Part shown: one piece after another, positions 52,248 to 60,148 of the stretch
How the letters are laid out: every line of letters begins with the position of its first letter
Numbering within the stretch: position 1 is the stretch's first letter
Origin: Macrostomum lignano
Taxonomy: Eukaryota
Direction: 5' to 3'
DNA length: 64,000 bases
Assembly (NCBI GenBank): GCA_002269645.1
Contig: NIVC01000600.1
Location: 186,001-250,000, forward strand
Notes under the pieces: generated by a model
Told to the model about the DNA's origin: nothing
Seen by the model: the letters and a program-made list of their open reading frames with translations, nothing else
The model's database searches: none
Made by a program: the position numbers and the translations under genes

Positions 52248-52259
52248 TGGCTCCCCGAC
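52248..52259 (+). other. Candidate primer-binding site (tRNA-Asp)
   Basis: TGGCTCCCCGAC is complementary to a metazoan tRNA-Asp 3' end (..GUCGGGGAGCCA) as recalled; it lies a few nt after ..AAAACA. Confidence 0.55.
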
Positions 52260-54194
52260 CTTGTTTCTCTCCGTAATTTCCTTCAACATGCCCGGCTTCA
52301 ATATGCTGGGGTGAACACCTCCGTGGAGCTGGCTATGAGCTAGTGATGGCATCTTAGAAAGGGTCAGTAAAAAATATAAAAATTAAAAAATTACAAAATA
52401 TAAAAACCAATACAATTTGCAAAACTACAAAAATACTACGTGTATGATTCTCCCAAGCTGTAGAATCGTAGAAAAGATTAGTGTTATTTAATGTTCTTAA
52501 ATTTACAACCTCTAATCGCTCTCCCGCTTCGGAGAACCAGCAGCGAACCAGTCCTCAAACCGGTTCCGATGGGAATCCACCCATTCCCACTATTTACGCC
52601 CTTCTGATATACTTTCTCCGAGTACTTTGCTCGCCTCACCTCAAAGAACGTCAAGTTCACCTTGCTCTTTCTCCACAATCTCACTCTGTTCTATAAATAT
52701 CCTGCCTGGGCGACAAATCCCAACCAGGCAACCAGCATTGTCTCAATCCTTTTTCTATTTTTAGCCTCGCAAAACCAGTTCTCGTCCGGAGAATTCCGCC
52801 TTTACTCCGGCTGGTTCACAGCAGATCTGCATCGTTTTTCGTCTTCTGGAAATTCTAGTTCCATTCCGGTCTGCATCAGTTCACAAACCAGCCTCAACTG
52901 GCCTCAGTTCGCCTCACTCAGTTGGCTAAAACGCCCTATCGGCTCCGCGCCTCACTCAGTTGGCTCAACGCCCTACCACAATTCAGCTGTGATCCGCTCC
53001 AGCTCTTCTCTCCGCTGCAATTCTCATCCCCAGGGATAGAAAGTGAGGGAGAATGATTCTGTCACACCGGTGCGACACTCTCAGTACTCTCAATCTTCTC
53101 TTACCCCAGGGAATTCATTTTTGTTTCAATGGCTGCTCCCCCTCCTTGGGCTTTCCCATCAGAAACCCCCATTGTTCTCTAATGGGAATAATTTCCGTCC
53201 CAAGCTCTTATTTATACTACAATCCGCTTTCCTTCTCCGCAAAGTACAACCTACCACCCTCGTCTACCCATACACCAGCCCTTTAGCCTTCGCAGTCGTT
53301 CAAAATTTCTCAAAACAAAATAAAAATTACGCTGTGATTGCTACCCACCCTCTCCTATTCCCTATTCCTTGTTTCTCAATTTCAAGCAGCCACATCATTT
53401 CTTCATGATTAGCAGCGATAAGCCCGCGGCAATTTGTCCTATACACAGGACCTCTACACCTGCCTTCAGGTAATTATAATTCTATTTTAGTCGGCCGAAT
53501 CTATTTGTCAATTACACACTTAAACCCAGGACTGGTGCTTGGTTCATGCTCATCGTGTTCCAAGTTTGAAGTTTTGGCACGCCACTCATACGCCTCTGCC
53601 TTGCTTCCACAGACTTCTGCAGAGTCTCTTTCGTTCCTTTTACAACAAATTCAAATCGCGTACTCAACACGCATCGCCACATCCGCTGGCATCTTAACCA
53701 CAACTCACCAGCTGAGTTTTCAACGCCAATCCGTTCAATCTCAAAGGCATCAATCAACGCGCACATTGCCGCCTCCGCTGAATCTTCTACCGAAATCTGT
53801 TCAAATTCTAATCAAACTCAATCCAAGGATGAGGCTCAGCTTTTCTTGCTGCTTCTATGAAATATTTTAACCGCTCCACCGCTGAGCTATATTATAATTA
53901 GTACAGGCGCATCAGCCGACTCTACTCAGTTCTACTTTATACAACTGTTCAACACTTGCTCAAAATTGCTCTAAACTCACACTTTTGATAAATGATACTA
54001 CAGCTACCGAAGCTCTACATATTGAAAATTTGCTTATATAAAACAAAAAACTGACCCTGGATAGATGACCGCAAATCACGCTCAGATGCTATTGCTTCGC
54101 GCTATTTCAAATCTTTATTGTTACAAAATTGCGGATTATTTTCAACTCTTAATTGCAAGACCACTCGAAGTAAACCCATTCCACAGATCATTGC

Positions 54195-57100
54195 ATGAAA
54201 TTGCGTTCTGGTACCCAACTCGGACAACAACAACAACAAGAGCCGCCTGCAATATCCACACCAAATTCTGCCGGTGTCGCTGAAAATCCTATTGATATTT
54301 CTGGTGATTCTACTGGCATTTGTGGACATTCTACTGGTATTGGTGGACATTCTACTGGCATTGGAGGACACCATACTGACGACACCCAACAGCAACTAAC
54401 ACAAACAGCTACCCCAGCTACATTTTGCCATCTACCTGGCCTCCATCAAGAAAACACTGCCATCGGCACCAGAGACGAAGAACAACCTTCTGAGTTGTAC
54501 GAGCAGCAACAAGAACAACATCCTCCACAGCCACTTCTGCAACCTGATCATTTGAATCAAAATAACGCCAATATCCAGGAAACTGAGAGCAACGTTACAA
54601 TGGCAGAAGCACTAATGCAACAATTTATCAATGCTGTGCGAGATCAACAAAGACCACACGCTGCAATCCCAGCTAGTACCATCAACGAGATCCGCGAAGG
54701 TCTCAAGGAGATAGATCAACTTCATGATTTTGCCTCTTTCATCATGGAGTATGATCTATCAGCGAGAACTTTTAATCTAGATGAAAACTCAAAGCTTCGC
54801 ATCTTTCCTCGGCTCCTCAACGATCTCCTAAAGATCGAATATGCCGCTCTACCCGCCGAGACACAAAATGACTACACCCAATTAGTTCGGTCTCTGTCCG
54901 ACAGAATAGCGGTACTCACTCTCGGATCCACTTCGGCACTACATCACATCGCCAACCGCCGACAACTCCCGGGTGAGCCATTCATCCAGTACTACACGGA
55001 CATTCGCCGCAAACTTCGTGCCATATACCCAGAAGTCTCGCCACTACCACCCGTGGATGGCGAAAATGCACCGGCTAACCAAGCGGTCATTGACCAACGA
55101 AATGAAATGTTTAACAAAACATTGATCGGCCATATACTAAGTGGCGCTCTACCTCACCTTCGCGTTGAACTACTGCGAAACCCGCTGAATACCGAACAAC
55201 AGCTGCTCAACCAGGCCATTCGCCTTGAACAAATACAGCAGTCTTCACAATTAACGGCCCCAAACAACGTTCCGGCCGATATAGAAAAACGCCTTGCTGC
55301 CTTAGAATGTGGAACCATCAAGCCCAAGCCAATAGTAGCGGCTATTCAAGGCGCTAGCAATACTAGAGAACCACCAACGTGCAAATTCTGCCACAGGATT
55401 GGACACACAACAGATCGATGCTACCAGGATCCTCGAAATGCACGCCAACAAACTGCCAATGCTAGACAACCAAGACAGGCTGACTCTAAGTGGACACGCA
55501 ATCAACCGATTCAAGACCGGTACAGACGAGGCTCCGATGATCCTCGCAGCCGAGACACAGGCTCTCCAGCCAAATACTGCCACTTTCACAACTCGGACAC
55601 CCATGATACCGAAGAATGTCGTACCCTACACGATATTAAACAGGGGAGAACAACAAACAATAACCCACAGCGGTATAATCTAGGCCGGCGCGTACAATTT
55701 CAGCGCAACCCCACTCAACGATATCAACGGGAACGCCACTCTGATTCACCAAACCACGGACGTTCCAGAACACCGTCACCGCGCCCTCCTGCAGCCGGTG
55801 TAAACTCAATTCAGGTTGTCTCGAACGACCCCATGCCACAACTGCCGACTATGGACTCGCCTCAACAAATTGTGCCACCGAACAGCACACCCAGTGCTCC
55901 ACAGCGTCTCACTGAGGTTCCTGTGGCAAAATCAACGGCTACTCCAACCTATGCTTTGGACAGACCAATTGAGTACAAGTTCCATGGCTCGACCAGGCAG
56001 TTTAAGAAATTAATCCGCGACAGTCCATCTACACTGTCAGTCATCCACGTTCAACCGTACACTACGCTATCAGCCGCTCAACCAAAGCTAAGAAAAGATA
56101 TGCTACGTGCCCAGCGACAGCAGGTACACGTAAAAAGACCACTGTCTCAGCAGAAAGGACGTCGACTAACTGGTCTAACGACGCTTCTCGTGACACTCAT
56201 CTGGCTATCGCTATTCCCGACGGTGCAGACAACACCACTGCCATCGAATCCTAAGCAACATCCACTCTACGTGGACACACCAATGCTCTGTCCATTAGAT
56301 GGACCCGTGCGCATCTTCAAGATTCCTCAGCAGATCAGATGCGAACAGTTCACGTCGTCACAGGACGTTACGACACCAGTGCACTTACAGCTCTACTCTA
56401 CTAACCTGGAGCAAACCAGAACACCAGTCAGCTTATGCTTCCGTGAGGAAATCTCGGTTAATTGCCTCCCAATGAGCCAGGTTCTGCGCTCTCTCCGTGA
56501 TGCGTACGTAACCTTACGCCCACTTACAGTCGCCGCACAAGATTGCCAACATTGGACCGAATCATATAACTCACCTGATGGTCAGCTTCAACTGGTTGCC
56601 ACCACTGGAAACTACAAAATCTCTCGCTCCAATACAGGAACCTCCTTCCTCGAAGACTGTTACCATCGCAAGGCACGAACTCAAATAGTTTCAACACTCA
56701 TACAAGGGATAATAGCTTTCGCCTCTCCTAGCAAACCAATGGAATCGTTAGCCTTCTCCATGGCACACTGTAGCTATTCATCTCAAGGCTGCATTATTGA
56801 GACAACCTTTGACAACATGAAACGCTATAACCTACCGACAACTCTCCTTCAAAACGCATGGGACACTCTCGACCCACCGGCGACACAACAACTGACCGTT
56901 ACTGGCCAACGAAAACTGACACTTACGTGGAAAACAACAAGCCGTTCGGACTGTATACTCACGCCATTCCGACAAATTCGAGGTAACATACACTCGGGAT
57001 TCTTCATTAACGAAGAACAGACATTGGCTTTGACCTTTAAATTGCCGCTTCAACCCTTCCGCCTTACCTGCTCAATTGGAACGAAACGACTATATGTTTC

Positions 57101-58832
57101 CGAACAAGAACTGTACGTTGAAGTGCTCGACAACAGAGAAGAAGACTTCTTAAAGTCAATCGCGATTGTGCAATCTACAGCTGATGACACCACGAGCAAC
57201 ACAACACGCTCTGTCAAAGCCGCGGATGCTTTAACAGCTGACAGCAGCTCATCTTCTCGACAGAGCCGTTCACTACCTGACTTATTGGCTACCACAGAAC
57301 AACCGTCAACCACACCGATTCCGACGACAGTTCAAGCTCCAACTATTACGTCTCTACCCTCACAGCAGACGCTTGATACAGCTTCACCTACATCCGAGCC
57401 TACTGTCACTACCACTACAATTAAAAAATCTACTACCACACCTCTAAATCTGGAAATTACAACTCCACCAACTACGACAATAGCGACTAGTACAGTTCAA
57501 ACACCCACAACAACGATGTCGCTTAGAAAACCTCAACACACTACATCTCTTCAACTTAAGTCTACAACTCTACCAACGACAGTAGCCACAACTACAGTTA
57601 CGTCGTATAGTCCGCTAACTACGAAAACGACGACATCTACCGGTATTACCACCGAACAACTAACTCCTGGACCTATGTCTACAACACCTACTACCATACT
57701 GGAACCTGATCCTCTTAATATACCATACCTACACCGCGACCAACCACCAATGCTGGAACATCAGGACAGAATCCGTCGCGCGATTCCACCTCCAGACAAA
57801 ACAGTCAACATCACCAACGCTGAACTCAAGCTATCAGAAAACCTCGTTTCGGCACAGCTTCTCTCCAGTCAACTACAAGGACTTCAATCGAAGACTCTAC
57901 TCGATCTCAAGAAACTACACACTCAACTGACGACTACGCAGTGCAAGATGTACGCTTTGAATCTTCGCTATAGTCGCAACCTATACTATACCAATCCGAC
58001 ACTAGCTGCGCGTCAATTATTCGCTGACAAATTCATTTATGCGCACTCCATCGCTGGCTACATCTTTGTTCACCAATGTAAGCCACTAAGTCAGTTCCAG
58101 TTCGTTCAACCGCGATACTCACGAGACGAATGCTACACAAGACCACCGATACAATTTCAACTCCACAATAAGTCTGTTCTCGGATTCCTCGATACAACGA
58201 CATCGATCATCTCAACAGCAAGACCACCACTAATATCCTGCCGTTACCTACGAGACTACTATCTTCCAAAGGGTGAATTCATCTACAAAGCCACAGCCAA
58301 CTTCAGCTCCTTTAGTCCGATAGAAGCACAAAATAGATCCGACGAAACCTACCTCCTACAGTCCTTATACTCCGACATTAGACAGAGTATCTTCACGCCA
58401 CTTGGAGACGTCAACTACAGCGCTTTACGATCACCAGTAACAATAACTGACATGATGGAAAGTTTCATCCAAACACGTGATTTTCTAATCACTGTCTTTA
58501 AACTAAACAACGCTACTGGACGTCTCCACAAGGATGAATTCAAGCAGTTTGGCCTAAACGCCTTGGAAGCTTACCAGAATCTTTGGACATCTACCTTCTT
58601 CAGTTGGGAAAGATTCCAACAGAATCATATGGAGAAGTTTCTGTTCAGTTCTGCTGTAATTGTCTACGCTGCACTACTAATTTTCCTTTGCAACATTGGT
58701 CGAATCTGCGTTGCCAACACACTAACTTATGGTCGAACACACCGCCTTATGGTAATGCGAACGACCGACCCATCACCGCAACAAAACCGGAGCCCACAGC
58801 GACTTCCTACTACCCCGACCACGTGTCGTTAG
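54195..58832 (+). CDS. gag-env: Gag-Env fusion polyprotein, 1545 aa (Gag ~aa 1-540, linker, internal signal segment, gB-like glycoprotein, TM, tail)
   Basis: CKFCHRIGHTTDRC (CX2CX4HX4C) and CHFHNSDTHDTEEC knuckles. Hydrophobic LTGLTTLLVTLIWLSLFPTVQT (~56166-56230). Cys-patterned ectodomain with several N-X-S/T sequons. TM FLFSSAVIVYAALLIFLCNIG (~58638-58700). No stop between gag and env. Confidence 0.9.
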   Translation: MKLRSGTQLGQQQQQEPPAISTPNSAGVAENPIDISGDSTGICGHSTGIGGHSTGIGGHHTDDTQQQLTQTATPATFCHLPGLHQENTAIGTRDEEQPSELYEQQQEQHPPQPLLQPDHLNQNNANIQETESNVTMAEALMQQFINAVRDQQRPHAAIPASTINEIREGLKEIDQLHDFASFIMEYDLSARTFNLDENSKLRIFPRLLNDLLKIEYAALPAETQNDYTQLVRSLSDRIAVLTLGSTSALHHIANRRQLPGEPFIQYYTDIRRKLRAIYPEVSPLPPVDGENAPANQAVIDQRNEMFNKTLIGHILSGALPHLRVELLRNPLNTEQQLLNQAIRLEQIQQSSQLTAPNNVPADIEKRLAALECGTIKPKPIVAAIQGASNTREPPTCKFCHRIGHTTDRCYQDPRNARQQTANARQPRQADSKWTRNQPIQDRYRRGSDDPRSRDTGSPAKYCHFHNSDTHDTEECRTLHDIKQGRTTNNNPQRYNLGRRVQFQRNPTQRYQRERHSDSPNHGRSRTPSPRPPAAGVNSIQVVSNDPMPQLPTMDSPQQIVPPNSTPSAPQRLTEVPVAKSTATPTYALDRPIEYKFHGSTRQFKKLIRDSPSTLSVIHVQPYTTLSAAQPKLRKDMLRAQRQQVHVKRPLSQQKGRRLTGLTTLLVTLIWLSLFPTVQTTPLPSNPKQHPLYVDTPMLCPLDGPVRIFKIPQQIRCEQFTSSQDVTTPVHLQLYSTNLEQTRTPVSLCFREEISVNCLPMSQVLRSLRDAYVTLRPLTVAAQDCQHWTESYNSPDGQLQLVATTGNYKISRSNTGTSFLEDCYHRKARTQIVSTLIQGIIAFASPSKPMESLAFSMAHCSYSSQGCIIETTFDNMKRYNLPTTLLQNAWDTLDPPATQQLTVTGQRKLTLTWKTTSRSDCILTPFRQIRGNIHSGFFINEEQTLALTFKLPLQPFRLTCSIGTKRLYVSEQELYVEVLDNREEDFLKSIAIVQSTADDTTSNTTRSVKAADALTADSSSSSRQSRSLPDLLATTEQPSTTPIPTTVQAPTITSLPSQQTLDTASPTSEPTVTTTTIKKSTTTPLNLEITTPPTTTIATSTVQTPTTTMSLRKPQHTTSLQLKSTTLPTTVATTTVTSYSPLTTKTTTSTGITTEQLTPGPMSTTPTTILEPDPLNIPYLHRDQPPMLEHQDRIRRAIPPPDKTVNITNAELKLSENLVSAQLLSSQLQGLQSKTLLDLKKLHTQLTTTQCKMYALNLRYSRNLYYTNPTLAARQLFADKFIYAHSIAGYIFVHQCKPLSQFQFVQPRYSRDECYTRPPIQFQLHNKSVLGFLDTTTSIISTARPPLISCRYLRDYYLPKGEFIYKATANFSSFSPIEAQNRSDETYLLQSLYSDIRQSIFTPLGDVNYSALRSPVTITDMMESFIQTRDFLITVFKLNNATGRLHKDEFKQFGLNALEAYQNLWTSTFFSWERFQQNHMEKFLFSSAVIVYAALLIFLCNIGRICVANTLTYGRTHRLMVMRTTDPSPQQNRSPQRLPTTPTTCR

Positions 58833-60148
58833 TACCATTAGTACTTACTTCGCCCTCTAGGAGAAACACAAAGGCGACAGCCCCATCAGCTCCACCTATG
58901 GAACTCGAAGAACGACAGCCAGCTATACCGTCTACTTCTTCACGGACAGATTCAAGACTCTACCCGACACTTCAACACTGGCCGGTTGCCTACAACACCG
59001 TCTTGAAACATCTTACGATGCGAACCCTCATCACGCTCTGGTGCACAAGCCCAAGAATGACCAAATGCAAGTGCACCGCGCTGATTGATAGTGGCGCCTC
59101 TATCTCTTGCGTTTCACCTACCTTCGCACAGAAACTACAGGCTGACATTTTACCCTGTAAAATACGCGTTCAATGTGCAGGAGGACAACTTCTTAACGTA
59201 ACTAAACAGGCTAAATTTAGTATGATCATCGGATCATCAAATCGGAAAATCACAGCTTACATATTGGAGGCTATGCCACCCGATTATGATCTAATTCTCG
59301 GTGTCGAAACCTTTAAATCCCTTGGCATACCACTGTCCATTGACTACGCCAAGTCAGAAGCACAAATCGATGGCACTTCGTTTCCCATATTGAATACTTA
59401 CACAGCAACTGAGGTCGCTGAAGTCTACTTGCCAAAGCAGACTCACATACCCGCTCAATCTACCACCTGGATACAGGCGAATATCGACACGACCTATCCA
59501 AAGCGCCAGCCTGTCCTATTCATACCAAAGGATCATACTATTCAACGCTATAAGCTCTTAATCGCAAGCTGCTTGACGCTTACAGATGAAACGGGTAATT
59601 CGATCCTCATACAGATCGCTAACCCTTCACTACAGCCAGTAACACTCTATGCTCAAACACGATTAGGCAGTCTGTCCGATCCCGCGGAATATACACCTGT
59701 TACTTCAAAACCTACAGCAACAGTCAATACCATCTCTACCTCGCACGCACGACCTGAGACCGACCGCCAGCTAATTGAACAACAAACACGGCCTAACAAT
59801 TCGCATCTGACACCCGAACAAGCTACGAGACTGTGCGACCTACTTTTAGAGTACCGAGATACGCTGGCTCTGTTACCTACGGATATGGGATGCACTACTC
59901 AATATACCGCCACAATTAACGTTCAACCACATACGCATCCAATTACATCGCGACCTTTTCCGATTGCACATGGTCTTCAAGAGCGTTTTGACCAACTGAT
60001 CGAGAATTTCATCCACAAAGGAATACTCAGCCCTAGCGAGTCGGAATACTCAAGCCCATGTCTACTGGTCGAAAAGAAGACACTTGATGAACAAGGACGC
60101 CGCCAATTGCGTCTTGTCGTTGACTTTCGCCGTCTCAACGAATTCTAA
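58583..60148 (+). CDS. pol: Pol part 1: aspartic protease and RT N-terminus, in the -1 frame relative to gag-env; true start unknown
   Basis: ALIDSGAS protease motif; RT start PITSRPFPI..KGILSPSESEYSSPCLLVEKK..RLVVDFRRLNE. The 58583 start is a TTG, not credible as an initiator. Confidence 0.92.
   Translation: MDIYLLQLGKIPTESYGEVSVQFCCNCLRCTTNFPLQHWSNLRCQHTNLWSNTPPYGNANDRPITATKPEPTATSYYPDHVSLVPLVLTSPSRRNTKATAPSAPPMELEERQPAIPSTSSRTDSRLYPTLQHWPVAYNTVLKHLTMRTLITLWCTSPRMTKCKCTALIDSGASISCVSPTFAQKLQADILPCKIRVQCAGGQLLNVTKQAKFSMIIGSSNRKITAYILEAMPPDYDLILGVETFKSLGIPLSIDYAKSEAQIDGTSFPILNTYTATEVAEVYLPKQTHIPAQSTTWIQANIDTTYPKRQPVLFIPKDHTIQRYKLLIASCLTLTDETGNSILIQIANPSLQPVTLYAQTRLGSLSDPAEYTPVTSKPTATVNTISTSHARPETDRQLIEQQTRPNNSHLTPEQATRLCDLLLEYRDTLALLPTDMGCTTQYTATINVQPHTHPITSRPFPIAHGLQERFDQLIENFIHKGILSPSESEYSSPCLLVEKKTLDEQGRRQLRLVVDFRRLNEF

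Noticed and set aside
52481-54395. Short ORFs in the retroelement leader
   Set aside because: Mostly non-ATG starts, no recognisable motifs; treated as untranslated leader.
58606-58612. GGGAAAG as a slippery site for the env/pol frameshift
   Set aside because: Not in X_XXY_YYZ phase with the gag-env frame, and it lies before the TM, so shifting there would remove the membrane anchor.
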